This document shows, one piece after another, positions 12,140-24,539 of a stretch of 64,000 bases of DNA. Position numbers and translations under genes: made by a program. The stretch is from assembly GCF_052425735.1 (NCBI RefSeq), contig NC_135761.1, forward strand, positions 8,556,001-8,620,000. Direction: 5' to 3'. The first letter of the stretch is position 1. Every line of letters starts with the position of its first letter. Source of the stretch: Oculina patagonica (Eukaryota). The notes below the pieces were generated by a model, which had not been told where the DNA came from, searched no databases, and worked only from the letters and a program-made list of their open reading frames with translations.

Positions 12140-13021
12140 CTTAGATGCATTAAACTGAATTGTTACTGAACTTGCAACTGGAAGCTCTTGTACTGCTGTA
12201 AACAAAACGAAAAAAAAACACATCAAATTTGTTAGTAAGTAACAAAGTGGTTGAAGTGAATGGCGTCATACGCAATAAGCTGGTGAAACGTTCACATTCC
12301 ATCGACGAAAACAGAGCCAGCCTTGAGGTATACAACGACACACAGGAAGAGGGCGGAAGAGCCTCCAGAAAGAGTCATTATGGTGGGCGAAAAGTATTAA
12401 ATGTGTGTGCCGATGTTGGTATATAAATGTCAGATAAAGATGTTATAGATTGGTTTAGCTTTGCAAGCTGTCTTGCCCGAGCTTTACATGCTAGTCATTT
12501 GGTTTTGCTTTAGGCACGCTGGTACATGGTGATACTTGATTCAGTAGTCCAAATGTGTTGAAGTGTGTTACTGAAATTTTCTTTAATCTGTAAAGCGAGG
12601 CAATAGCTGCAAAAGAAATATTTATCAGATATCGAGATGAAATAAACGAATTTAAGATATCTTCTGAATGTGGCAAAGAAAACAAAGAGCGTCTAACTAC
12701 AGTGTAAAACGCCGCTGTGTCAGAAGTGAGTAATGAAACTCTCTGAGCAAACAACCCAACACCTTGTCTCATGCAGACAGCTTGTCGGCCAGGTTCGTGG
12801 ACTCTATTCAGACTGCGAGGCGGAATCTGCTCAATCTTATTTTTAAGTTTTAGCAAACCAAAATTTTCAAACTTGGCCAGAATGTAGATCAGGTGGAACT
12901 ATTACTAAAAATTATATAAAAAACTGACTGAAAATAAAATAATTACTTCATTTTCAGTCAGATTTTGTCTTTTAAGCGAACGTTGATGATAAACGGTGGT
13001 ATGCTCTAGTAACAGTTTTAA

Positions 13022-13750
13022 GGGTGCACACAACGTATGACTTAAAAAATCACCCAAAAAAGAATAAGGAAAGATACGTTCAAACAATTCATAATTATTG
13101 AAAAGAAGACATGTTTCTGAATGTGTTACATGAACAATTTAGCTGCAAATATGATATTTTCAGGATTTTCAGAAAACCCAACATGGTACTTGTTAACTTG
13201 GTACACAACTCGTTTGAGAAGTCCGAAAATCTTTTACAATTGTTTAAAAAAAACACACGTTGCTCATTTGTTGGTTAACATTTCATAACAACTTTAGACC
13301 ACGAATCAAAGAATAGTGCGATTTTTAACGGTCAATTTTGCTATTTTATAGATCGAAACTGCCGTGATATGAAATGAAGTTTTTCGACCTCGGTAACACT
13401 TGCATTTCGCGCTGTCAAATTTCTTTGATTTGCAGCCCAAAAATATAGATATTTTTGAACAATTCGAAGAAACGTTTCTCTTTTGTTAGGTTTTATTTTA
13501 TAATACCGTGCCATGTACGAAGTTGAAATTTTCCGTTTTTAATGTTTCCGTTTTTTTGCCATGCTGAAATCGTCAAAATAAGCTAGAAAATGAAAAATCT
13601 GAAAAATATTTATTTGAAGTCAAATTGCTCATAGAACCATTTTAATATTTTAGCAGTATGCCTTCTTTTCAATGACGTATTAATTATTTAGATGTATCTA
13701 TTTTGTTCACATTTTTGCATGATTTTCAAGTCATATGTTGTATTCACCCC
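13022..13750. mobile_element. Old TTAA-type non-autonomous DNA transposon (Kolobok-like purine termini)
   Basis: TTAA|GGGTGCACACAACGTATGACTT...AAGTCATATGTTGTATTCACCCC|TTCA: imperfect ~30-bp TIR with a degenerate right TSD. Confidence 0.65.
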
Positions 13751-13755
13751 TTCAA

Positions 13756-13785
13756 AATCAACCAATCAATCAATCAATCAATCAA
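13756..13785. repeat. (ATCA)n microsatellite, probably a minus-strand retroelement tail
   Basis: AATCAACCAATCAATCAATCAATCAATCAA next to CTTTATT (AATAAAG on -). A mirror AATAAAG-(TTGA)n tail lies at about 14504-14537. Confidence 0.55.
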
Positions 13786-14882
13786 AACCTTTATTTAGAC
13801 ACGATGGAGTAAAAAACGCTACATAGCTTGTGGGGTCGTGTGTAAACAAGATATTAATACTAGTAGATAGAAACATTAAATTATATTAAGGTAAAAACGC
13901 TAAACATATCGCTAAAAATAAATTAAATTGCTGAATTGTTACAACGATAAAAAGATAAAAAGCGCTAAGAACTCTTAAGGGATCTGTCAAATCCTCATGG
14001 GTCACCGTCACCGTTGACCTAAAGGAGAAATCTGATTGAACTCACAGCACGTCAATAGCAACTATACTGTTCCGTTTTAAAAGCCGCTGTAACGCTAACG
14101 GAAAGAGCTGCGTTACAGAGCTTTACGCATATTTACATAGACGTCAAGTTTAACTTTACGCGTCTTTTCGGTAGTTCTTAGGTCTCTGTAAGAAATATTT
14201 TTAAGAAATATTTTTAGCAACAGTTCCACTATAGACCTACGTTCAGGTCAAGTTTGAGAATTTTCGTTTATTTTTCATTCTGAACGCCTCCAGGCGGTTC
14301 GTTTTGTTTTGGCCTCGAGTCATGGAAATCTTTGCTGAAAACACTGACTTGAATTACGAATTCTAGTCACACCATCGTCATCTAGATAAGATTAATGTTT
14401 ATAGTAGATAAGACTATTGTTTATTGCAGATTTTTAACTATTAGCATGTTCTAAAGAGCCACAAATTTATTAGTTGAAAAATAATTACGTGTCACTCTCG
14501 ATAAATAAAGTTTGATTGATTGATTATTGATTGATTTAAACACACGCAGTATGCCGGTAATTGTGTAATATAATATAAGTTAAGTAACAACAAATGATTT
14601 GAAACATGTAATGTGATTGGTTGATCCCACCTGCTGACGAGTGCCGCACATGTCACGGTTTTAGTTTGGGCAAATAACTTTCTTGATCTCAAATAAAACT
14701 TGAACAACAAAAGCGACTCCTGCAGTGTCTATAATCCATCACCAAAATGAAGGTGCTTTTAAATTGTTTAACGCTGCGGGTGTAAATTATATACACGACA
14801 TCCAACACATGTGTCACCCCAAATTAGCATACAATATAAGTTAAACACCTATAACAGGTCGACCGTTAAGGTTGTCTTCAAT

Positions 14883-15782
14883 ATGAACAGAACCAATGTA
14901 AGCCATCTTAACTGCTTCTTTTTGGACGTTAATGAGGAAGAAACAGACCAAACCTATATCGCAAGTATTCTAACATCTATTGTTAATGCAGTATTTTCTA
15001 TGTTAACGTCTTCTGGAAATTTCATTATTTTACATGTCATCTGGAAAAAACAAGAACTACATTCGCCATCTTTCGTACTTCTGTTTTGTCTTGCTGTTTC
15101 GGATCTTCTCGTTGGACTGATTTGTCAGCCATTTTTCGTGGCGTATCAGATTGCCGATCTTGCAGATAACTTTAGCGCGTTTTGTGTCTTGAAAATGATT
15201 CAGAATATATCTGGCTTTACGACATCTGGAGTGACTTTGGCAATTTTAAGTGGAGTCTCTGTTGATCGACTTCTCGCCTTAACCCTTCACCTACGATACA
15301 ACACAATTGTTACCGTTCAAAGAATATTGCAAACTGTTGTTGTCTTCTGGTTCTTATCTGTGACAATCGTCATGTTGAGATTTTGGATACGCCAGTGGAT
15401 TATTTTTCCTGTGGTAATAGCCGTTACAAGTTTTCTTGTTACAACATTGAGCACCTTGAAGATATTTCAGATCGTTCGCAGACATCAGCGCCAGATAAGT
15501 CGGCAACAACAGAGTGTTCAAATCAACACGGTAAACGTGCTCAAGTGTAAAAAGTCTGCTGTGACTGTTCTTTATGTTTACGCCTTGTTCTTGATATTTT
15601 ACGTTCCATTTTTTGTGACGATGTTTGTGGAGACATTTGCTGGATATACATTGATGGTGAAAATAGCGTATCACTACGCAACAACGGTTGTTTTTATTAA
15701 CTCCTTTCTGAATCCACTTGTGTACTGCTGGAGAATAAAGGAAATTAGGCGAGCTATAAAGAATGCATTAAAGAAAAAGTGA
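14883..15782 (+). CDS. Class A 7TM GPCR, 299 aa
   Basis: Start moved from the GTG at 14811 to the ATG at 14883 (MNRTNVSHLNC) to match paralogs; intact ORF. Confidence 0.93.
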   Translation: MNRTNVSHLNCFFLDVNEEETDQTYIASILTSIVNAVFSMLTSSGNFIILHVIWKKQELHSPSFVLLFCLAVSDLLVGLICQPFFVAYQIADLADNFSAFCVLKMIQNISGFTTSGVTLAILSGVSVDRLLALTLHLRYNTIVTVQRILQTVVVFWFLSVTIVMLRFWIRQWIIFPVVIAVTSFLVTTLSTLKIFQIVRRHQRQISRQQQSVQINTVNVLKCKKSAVTVLYVYALFLIFYVPFFVTMFVETFAGYTLMVKIAYHYATTVVFINSFLNPLVYCWRIKEIRRAIKNALKKK

Positions 15783-16374
15783 TTGAAGGAGAAAACCTTA
15801 GTACACTTGATAAGAATGGTTTACTTTAAATTGAATGGTTTAGATTTATTAACCTGTTTCGTACTTCCAATTAGAAGTTGCAAGCGCAATTTAAAATGTG
15901 TGCTCTTTTCAATTTCAAGGATAATTTTATGTATTGGGCGAGGATTCGACAACAAAAGTCAATGAACTTTCCGCATTTAAAGAAAAACATTTTTAACCAC
16001 CAAGGATATACGGTGAAGCTGTCACAGGCCAAATGTGCTTTCCCTTTAACATTATATTTGCTTCTGTTTGCGTCTTACTTTTCAAACGGAAATGTAGTGT
16101 CCAACTACGCTGGGCAAACACAACTTGTTTCAGCGTTAGTAACGTTGTGATTCGTCAAGAAGATCTGACTCTAATATAAATTGAAGGTGCTATGTTCATG
16201 TATTTGTTTCACAATTTTGATATTGGTTTATTCAATTGTATACGACATATCGAACATCAGCTGCTACACTAATCATTATCAACATGTAGGTTGGTTATGT
16301 TGTTTACATTCATTTACAACTTGACTTACAATATGAACATAATATGACTTACAATATGATTTACAACTTACAAT

Positions 16375-17255
16375 ATGAACAAAACCAACCTAAATTACTT
16401 GAGCTGCTCCTATCTGAACGTAAACTTGGAAAAAACGAAAGACACTTTTATCGCAAGTATTATAACATGTATCCTCAATGCAGTTTTTTCTCTTATAACA
16501 TCTACTTAAAATTTCACTATTCTACATGTCATCTGGAAAAAGCAAGAACTTCACGACCTTCACTCGCCATCTTTCTTCCTTTTGTTTTGCCTCGCATCTT
16601 CGGATCTCCTCGTTGGACTAATTTGTCAGCCATTTTTTGTGGCGTATCAGATTGCCGAACTTAAGGACAACTTTAGAGCGTACTGCGTCTTGAGAATGAT
16701 TCAGAGCATATCTAGCTGGACAACGGCTGGTGCCTCTTTGGCAGTTTTGAGTGCAGTCTCTGTTCTCATAATTGTTTCCGTTCGGAGAGTTTTGCAAACT
16801 GTTTTTGTCTTCTGGATCTTGTCTACGACAATCGTCATGCTAAGGTTTTGGATTCGCCAGTGGATCATCCTTCCTGTGGTAATTGTCGTTAATAGTCTCC
16901 TAGTTACAACACTGAGCACCCTGAAAATATTTCATATCGTTCGCGGACATCGGCGCCAGATAAGTCAGCAACATCAAAGTGTCCAGTTCAACACGGTAAA
17001 GGTAGAAAAATCTGTAGAAAATCTGCTGTGACCGTACTTTATGTCTATGGTTTGTTCTTTATTTTCTACGTTCCATTTTTGATGACAATATTAATGTTTG
17101 TGGAGGCATTCACTGGATACACATTAAAAGTAAAAATCGCCTATGACTACGTGACAACTGTCGTTTTTATTAATTCTTGCTTAAATCCACTTGTGTATTG
17201 CTGGAGAATTGGAGAAATACGACCTGCTTTTAAGAATGCACTGAGGAGAAACTGA
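16375..17255 (+). pseudogene. Full-length GPCR pseudogene, paralog of the 21707 gene
   Basis: ATG at 16375; in-frame TAA at 16507; 9-bp insertion at LHSP; DRLLAL..RY segment deleted near 16765; frameshift near 17000-17025. Confidence 0.92.
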
Positions 17256-17847
17256 TTGAAAGAGGAAACCAAACTGCAATACACAGTTAATAGAGGACCA
17301 ACTTTTAAATTTTAACCACAGACCGAATGTATTTGCCATTCTACCTTCGATTCTTTTCAAACGGAACGGACGAAATAATGTAACATCGAACTGACTGAAG
17401 TATTTAATTTTTTAATCTGTAAACCGAAGCAGGTCGAGCATCTTTTTTTAAAAATGTTAAGCTTTAATAGTATGGCTGCAAACTGTTAACTCGAGAGATT
17501 CTTTTGAGTTTCGCAAAGAAAAGAAATAAACCAGGCATTTAAGGGATAAAGGGCTGTTTAAACAGAAAAGCTTTTATAATTTGCTATTCGATATTTTTGT
17601 AGTGTCGAAAGCCATTGCGCGTGCAACTGGACATGTTTACTCCAGATGCCCCGGGCGATTACCTCTCACGTTAATTATCCGAATCAGTATTGTACTGCAT
17701 GTTGACCTCGTAAATAGCCTAAATGGCTTTTTCCCAGTTAAAAATATTAATGACTGAGCAAACCATGTAATATATTGCTGTAACAGGAAGCTTTTTATCC
17801 AATTTTGTGAATCCTATGTAGACTGGAAAACGGAACCTGACCACACG

Positions 17848-18298
17848 CAATCTCGAGCCCAGAGTCCGTCTATGTCGGTCAGCGGTACGGGACGGACTCT
17901 GGGAAACTGGAATTGATCAGATCAATTTCAGGTCGATTTCAGGTAAAACCTTGGTCTTCCGGTTTTTATTGCGCATGCTCTCAGGTCTAAGCGGAAGTAA
18001 ATTTCCCAGAACGGAAGTAAATCGAGAAAGTTGAACTATTTCTAACACAGTATCGACAGAACTGGTGTTTATCGAAGCAACAAAAGTAACAAAAACGTTC
18101 TGCAGTTAATAAAAGAGAGAGTCTGGTGTTTTGATTTCCGTTAGTCTCTTTCTTGAGCATACTGCTATATTGGTTTTAAATCAAAGATCTTGTTTGCCTT
18201 CCAAGATTCCGCCTGTGAAGACTGTGTGCATGTGTTTGTTGTTGTTTTGCGGAAGACAGTGAAGAAATTTACATAATGCACAACGCACGGACAGTCTA
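17848..18298. mobile_element. Composite TE fragment ending in a TAGACT-type terminus at a deletion breakpoint
   Basis: Homology to the paralogous spacer (near 23200) stops at 17847; foreign sequence with a CCCAGAGTCCGTC...GACGGACTCTGGG hairpin follows; it ends ...GGACAGTCTA directly against mid-GPCR sequence. Confidence 0.6.
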
Positions 18299-18969
18299 AG
18301 TTTTGAATGAACAAGTGGATTATCCTTCCAGTGGTGACATTTGCTCTGACTTTTCTTGTTATAACAGTGAGCACCTTGAAAATTTTTCAGATCGTTCGCA
18401 GACATCGGCGCCAGATAAGCCAACAGCAGCGAAGTGTGCAATTCAATGTAGACTGTCCACAGCCCTCTATTTTTTCGTGTTTTTTTCGATCGATGAGCGC
18501 GCAGTGAGAACATCGAGAGAACTGGACGCCAGCGCAAAACGGAAGAAGCAAGGGGGTGGGGGGCGGAGAGCCAAAAAATATTTTTCTTTGGCTCGCAGCT
18601 TCGCTCGCTTCCCGCCCCCTCCCCCTGCGCGCTCGCACTTCGCGCTCGCTTCGTTTACTTTTTTGCGTTGAAAAATCGAGAGGCTGTGGACAGTCTAAAT
18701 TCAATGTAGTTAACGTGATCAAATGTAGAAAATCTGCTGTGACTGTAGTTTATGTGTATGGATTGTTCGTAATATTCTATCTTCCATTTTGGACAACGAT
18801 GTTCATGGAGACATTTTTTGGATTTACATTAACGGTGAAAATCGCCTATGAGTACGCGACAACTGTTGTCTTTATTAACTCCTTCTTAAATCCACTTGTA
18901 TACTGTTGGAGAATAGGGGAGGTTCGTCGTGCTGTAAAGAATACACTAAGTGAGAACATCTTTTGGTGA
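18299..18969 (+). pseudogene. 5'-truncated GPCR pseudogene (TM5-TM7), paralog of the 23628 gene, interrupted by a MITE
   Basis: MNKWIILPVVTFALTFLVITVSTLKIF...[13 protein letters not shown]...[15 protein letters not shown] is nearly identical to the 23628 gene; TM1-4 are missing. Confidence 0.92.
18449..18697. mobile_element. TAG...CTA MITE with 9-bp TSD (AcademH-like, tentative), 249 bp
   Basis: TIR TAGACTGTCCACAGCC...GGCTGTGGACAGTCTA; TSD AATTCAATG at 18440-18448 and 18698-18706; empty site visible in the 23628 gene. Confidence 0.85.
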
Positions 18970-20759
18970 GTCAAGGAAGCAGCTTTAGGGTTGTAATTTT
19001 GGGAATTTTGTTATGTCGAGCAAGAGAGATAATGTTGAGGCGCCTGCTGAGTAAACATCATGAGAGGACTGATTAAACCCTCAAAAGCTAAAAGAAAATT
19101 AAAATAAATGTATTTGTAAAAAATTGTCGCCGACCAAACTTGGCCGAATCTGGTCACATGCATGTGATTGTGGTTTTCCTTCGACACTTTCCTGTGTGTA
19201 TATTTAAATGAAAAACGGAATTACGTAAAATCAACCGAACGAAAAAAATATCAATATGCTTGATCATTTAATCCAGTACAGGTGTTACCACCCTCTTCCT
19301 ATTTATGTTTTTGTAAGTAAATAGTGGGTTTTTGAGAGAAATATTAACACCTTGAGTGTAACCGGTTTTTCAAGATCGTTTGGTTACTTGTGGTGTTTTT
19401 AATTAAACGTGAGAAATCACTCTCTGTATTCCTTGAAGTCTTTATTATAAGTGACAAAATTTGTTTGTCTTGTTATCTTTTCGCTACTTCTTTACACCTT
19501 TAATTACTTTTTGCGAAATGTAAATTAGTATTTTAAAATGCTTTCATAATTTTTTACAGGAGTCGAGCAAGAGCTTCAGTGTTTTCATTAAAAATATTAA
19601 TCAAATATGCGGATATGGTACCAATGGGTATCGGTTTAAAACGTGACGTTGGATTCTCCCAAAGAAACGTATACGTATACTTTGTGTGCAATTGAAACAA
19701 CAAAACAGCCGAACTAAAGCTGTACTTACAAATGATTGTGACTACATTCCGACGATGGCCGTACGCACCTAGAAATCTGGCTTAAATGGCGAGATAAAAT
19801 GTGCTTGTAGTCAGCGGCAGCAACTACCATTTGAAGCGAATATAAAATGAAACTTACAGATATAATGAAATTGAAATCGAACCAAGGAAAGTCTGTAAAG
19901 CAGGTCGAAAACGTTTCTGGTATAACTAAAAACAGTTACTGACAGAAAATAGACGAAATTAAGAGATTTTTCTAAATGTGGAAAAGAAAACAAATACCAC
20001 CCAATTTTGCAGAGCTTAAAAGACCGAGTTCAAATTTTAGTTTAAACTTGCTAGGCGAATAATTGTTTGTAGTGTCCAGAGCCACTGCGTGTGCAACTGG
20101 GCATGATTACAGGTGCTTCAGCTAAGTGAGAAAAATGGACTGAGCATTTATATCTTTTTTTTTCATTTATTGTTAATGTTATAGCCATTTCGTGGTTTCT
20201 ATTAAGACTGCTGGGCGGAATCTGTCCACACGGCCGTAATCACGAAAAACTGTGAAACCGGTTAATAAAAAACTTACGTATACAGATATATTTTTATTTG
20301 GAAAGATGATGATGAGCTTTTAGCTAAGCGTTCAACCGCCATTCATAGTTTCAGTTCCCGCTGCGTTGTCAAGATACAACTCCTTGTAATGTCCACACTG
20401 ATTACTGCAGCCTCTAGCTCCAATGACCGAAACAGCGGCTTTCTACCATTATGGCACTAAATGCGCCCAAATAATTCAAAAGAAAAATGTTCACAAGCGT
20501 TTAGAGTTTGGAATAGGGTTGGTTGTTCCCGTAATCCAAATTTACTCACATTGGTTTTTAAAAAACATTTTTATTATCAATTCAATTGTCTGTGCTGAGT
20601 TAGAGATTTGATTATTAAGTCGAGCAACAATGGGCCTGCGCTTGTGCAACTGGACATGACTACTCCTATTAGGTAGCTAAATACCTCACACTGTAAGCTG
20701 ATTCCATAAAAAATTGCACGTGTTCTCAGACCAAGACTGCACAATAGATATTTATAGTG

Positions 20760-21139
20760 AACACGACATGTCGCCTCGTGTGACATGCGACAAACTCTGT
20801 CGCTGCGACAGAATTTTGTCGCCGCGACGTGTCGCATGAATTCAAACTGGTTTGAATTTGTGCGACACATCGCAGCGACAAAATGAGCGATAGCAGCGTT
20901 GTCGCAGCGTGTGTACACGTCTGCGACAAGTTGCTGCGACAAAATATGAATTAACCAATGAGAGCGCGTCATGTATTTTCGCCATATTGAAGATGGAAAA
21001 CTAGTTCCCACTCTTCCAAATTCGCTGTTTGTGCACCAAACAAACACCTTGTTGCAGCGACTTGTTTGTAAGCAGTACACACGGAGCGACTTGTCGCAGC
21101 GACCTGTCGCTGCGACTTGTCGCATAGTGTGTCCCGACC
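20760..21139. mobile_element. Truncated MITE with GTCGC/GCGAC subterminal repeats
   Basis: Dense TGTCGCTGCGACA palindromes; right end ...AGTGTGTCCCGACC followed by TTAA; left terminus not found. Confidence 0.65.
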
Positions 21140-21143
21140 TTAA

Positions 21144-21295
21144 GGCTTCATAGCTCAGTTGGTAGAGCAACGCACCGGTATCGCGGAGGTCATGGGTTTA
21201 AATCCCGTTATAGCCTTGAAATATTTTTTTCAGGCTAACAAATTGCAATTGCTATTGCTTACACACTGCGAGCATTACCGTTCTTTCATTTCAAC
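21144..21295 (+). mobile_element. tRNA-derived SINE-like repeat fragment
   Basis: TAGCTCAGTTGGTAGAGCA (A box) and GGGTTTAAATCCCG (decayed B box), followed by a non-tRNA tail AGCCTTGAAATATTTTTTTCAGGCT. Confidence 0.7.
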
Positions 21296-21706
21296 TTTAA
21301 CTAAAGAAGCAAACCGACTGATCTAACATTCAATTAAGCGTTCACAACCTTCGTTCAGATCCAGATTAAATAAACCCTCCAGTCGTTCTAACCAGAGACA
21401 ACAATACACCAAAAATTGCTCTTTTAACCATTTTAAAATGAGTCACAAAAAATAAGATAAGCGTAATAATTATGCAAAGCCAGAACAACGCAAATACAAA
21501 TTGTTTCAGCGTTAGTAACGTTGCGATTGGTCAAGAGGATCTGACTCTAATATAATAATTGAAAGCTAGTGCTATGTTCATGCATTTGTTTTACAATTCT
21601 GATATTGACGTATTCAATTGTATATATATCGAATACCAGCTGCCACATTAATCATTTACAACATGTAGGTTGGTTATGTTCTTTGCATTCATTGACAACT
21701 GTAAAT

Positions 21707-22606
21707 ATGAACAATACCAACCTAAATCACTTGAGCTGCTCCTATCTGAACGTAAACTTGGAGAAAACGAAAGACACGTTTATCGCAAGTATTATAACTT
21801 GTATCCTTAATGCAGTTTTTTCTCTAATAACTTCTACTGGGAATTTCACTATCCTACATGTCATCTGGAAAAAGCAAGAACTTCACTCGCCATCTTTCTT
21901 CCTTTTGTTTTGCCTCGCATCTTCGGATCTCCTCGTTGGACTGATCTGCCAGCCATTTTTCGTGGCGTATCAGATTGCCGAACTTGTAGACAACTTTAGA
22001 GCGTACTGCGCCTTAAGAATGATTCAGAACATATCTGGCTGGATAACGGCCGGTGCTTCATTGGCAATTTTAAGCGCAGTCTCTGTTGACCGACTTCTTG
22101 CTTTAACCCTGCATCTTCGATACAGCACCATTGTTACCGTTCAAAGAATATCACAAACTGTTTTTGTCTTCTGGATCTTATCTGTGACAATCGTCATGTT
22201 AAGATTTTGGATTCGCCAGTGGATCATCCTTCCTGTGGTAATTGTCGGTACAAGTTTCCTAGTTACAACAATGAGCACCCTGAAAATATTTAAGATCGTT
22301 CGCAGACATCAGCGCCAGATAAGTCAGCAGCAGCAAAGCGTTCAGTTCAACACGGTAAACGTGCTCAAATGTAGAAAATCTGCTGTGACTGTACTTTACA
22401 TATACGGTTTGTTCTTGATTTTCTACGTTCCATTTTTGTTGACAATGATTGTGGAGGCATTCACTGGATACACATTAAAAGTGAAAATCGCCTATGACTA
22501 CGTGACAACTGTCGTTTTTATTAATTCTTGCTTAAATCCACTTGTGTATTGCTGGAGAATTGGAGAAATACGACGTGCTTTTAAGAATGCACTGAGGAGA
22601 AACTGA
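21707..22606 (+). CDS. Class A 7TM GPCR, 299 aa
   Basis: Start moved to the ATG at 21707 (MNNTNLNHLSC); intact ORF with all family motifs. Confidence 0.93.
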   Translation: MNNTNLNHLSCSYLNVNLEKTKDTFIASIITCILNAVFSLITSTGNFTILHVIWKKQELHSPSFFLLFCLASSDLLVGLICQPFFVAYQIAELVDNFRAYCALRMIQNISGWITAGASLAILSAVSVDRLLALTLHLRYSTIVTVQRISQTVFVFWILSVTIVMLRFWIRQWIILPVVIVGTSFLVTTMSTLKIFKIVRRHQRQISQQQQSVQFNTVNVLKCRKSAVTVLYIYGLFLIFYVPFLLTMIVEAFTGYTLKVKIAYDYVTTVVFINSCLNPLVYCWRIGEIRRAFKNALRRN

Positions 22607-23627
22607 GAGAAAACCACAGTACACAGTTGATAGGGGAACAACGTACAATTTTAAAGTGCAGACCGAATGTGTTTCCCGTTCAACCTTCGATTCTGTTTGC
22701 GTCTTACTTTTTAAACGGAATGGACGAAATGACGTAACATCGAACTAATGAATTAAAATCTGTAAAGCGAAGCAGGTCAAACAGCTTTTGTTAAAAAAAT
22801 GTTAAGTTTAGTCTAGCTGCAAACTGTAAATTCAACTGACAACTTTTGTAAGAGCAAAATATAAGAGATTCTTCATTTCTTCTGAATCTCGCAAAGGAAA
22901 GAAAAAACCGGACATTTAGAGTGTATACGGCTGTTAAAATTTCCTGTTCAATAAAATTTTTTGTAGTATCGAAAGCCGATGCGCGTGCAACTGAACATGT
23001 TTACTCCAGGTGCCCCGGGCGATTACCTCTCGCGTCAATTATCCTAATTAGTATGGTTGAGCTCGGAAATGGCTTAAAAAGGTTTTTTCCCACTTAAAAA
23101 CATTAATGACTGAGCAAATCATTTAATATATTGCTGCACAGGGAGTTTTTTTTATCCAATTTTGTGAATCCTATTCAGACTAGGAGGCGGAACTTGACCA
23201 CACGGAATTAGTACTTTTATTATTTAGGCAATTGCCACCGCATTGCATGTGAAAAATTTCACATGGAAAGTCATTATCGTTCGCGGAACTTGATGTTGTC
23301 ATTGCAAATGCATTTTAGCAGGCACGTTACCGCATTACAATTCAAAATTTGAAAGTTTCTTCCAGACTGTTCCAGCTGCCGTTTCCGGCTTGCCGAAGTC
23401 TGTTTTTTTTATAAAGTCGCGACAATATTTTAATTTTTGCGAACTTGCCTTTCGTTAAGTTATGTCCTCTTCAAGCCCGGTCTATTCTCTTATCGACAAT
23501 AACTTTTAACCAATGAGGGTGCGAGAACTTTCTCACTTATTGTTTAAACAATTATGGCACACAAGGCATATGGCACCTGCATTAAAGATATGTTATTTAT
23601 ACATGTAGGTGGGAAGTCATCTTCATC

Positions 23628-24539
23628 ATGAACAAGACCGAGGAAAGTCTTCCATCTTGCTCCTTCTTAGACTTAAATTTGGAGCAAACGAAAGATACTT
23701 TTATTGCGGGTATTACAACATGTATTCTCAATACAGTGTTTTCTATGTTAACAGCTTCTGGGAATTTTATTATTTTACATGTCATCTGGAAAAAGCAAGA
23801 ACTTCATTCGCCATCCTTCGTCCTTTTGTCTTGCCTTGCTGCTTCGGATCTTCTGGTTGGACTGATTTGTCAGCCTTTTTATGTGGCGTATAAGATTGCC
23901 GAACTCGAAGACAACTTTAGCGCGTATTGTGTCTTAAGAATGATATATAGCATAACTGGTTGGACAACGTCTGGCGTGTCTTTGTTTATTTTAAGCGGAG
24001 TCTCTATTGATCGACTTCTTGCTTTAACCCTTCATTTACGATATAACATGGTTGTAACTGTCCGTCGGGTGTTTCAGACCGCTGTTTGTCTTTGGGTCTT
24101 TGCAACAGCTGGGGTTATATCGCAGTTTTGGATGAACAAGTGGATTATCCTTCCAGTGGTGACATTTGCTCTGACTTTTCTTGTTATTACAGTGAGCACC
24201 TTGAAAATTTTTCAGATCGTTCGAAGACATCAGCGCCAGATAAGCCAACAGCAGCAAAGTGTGCAATTCAATGTAGTTAACGTGATCAAATGTAGGAAAT
24301 CTGCTGTGACTGTAGTTTATGTGTATGGATTGTTCGTAATATTCTATCTTCCATTTTGGACGACGATGTTCGTGGAGACTTTTTTTGGATTTACATTAAC
24401 GGTGAAAATCGCCTACGAGTACGCGACAACTGTTGTCTTTATTAACTCCTTCTTAAACCCACTTGTGTACTGCTGGAGAATTGGGGAGGTTCGACGTGCT
24501 GTTAAGAATACACTAAGGAATAGCTTATTGTATAGCTGA
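23628..24539 (+). CDS. Class A 7TM GPCR, 303 aa
   Basis: Intact ORF; SIDRLLAL and NPLVY; same subfamily as the 28893 gene. Confidence 0.94.
   Translation: MNKTEESLPSCSFLDLNLEQTKDTFIAGITTCILNTVFSMLTASGNFIILHVIWKKQELHSPSFVLLSCLAASDLLVGLICQPFYVAYKIAELEDNFSAYCVLRMIYSITGWTTSGVSLFILSGVSIDRLLALTLHLRYNMVVTVRRVFQTAVCLWVFATAGVISQFWMNKWIILPVVTFALTFLVITVSTLKIFQIVRRHQRQISQQQQSVQFNVVNVIKCRKSAVTVVYVYGLFVIFYLPFWTTMFVETFFGFTLTVKIAYEYATTVVFINSFLNPLVYCWRIGEVRRAVKNTLRNSLLYS

Noticed and set aside
20577-21170. 197-aa minus-strand ORF
   Set aside because: Spans a GC-rich MITE and a SINE fragment; no domain signature.
21144-21215. Possible tRNA gene
   Set aside because: T-loop is decayed (GGTTTAAAT), pairing is poor and it runs into a repeat tail; better explained as SINE-derived.
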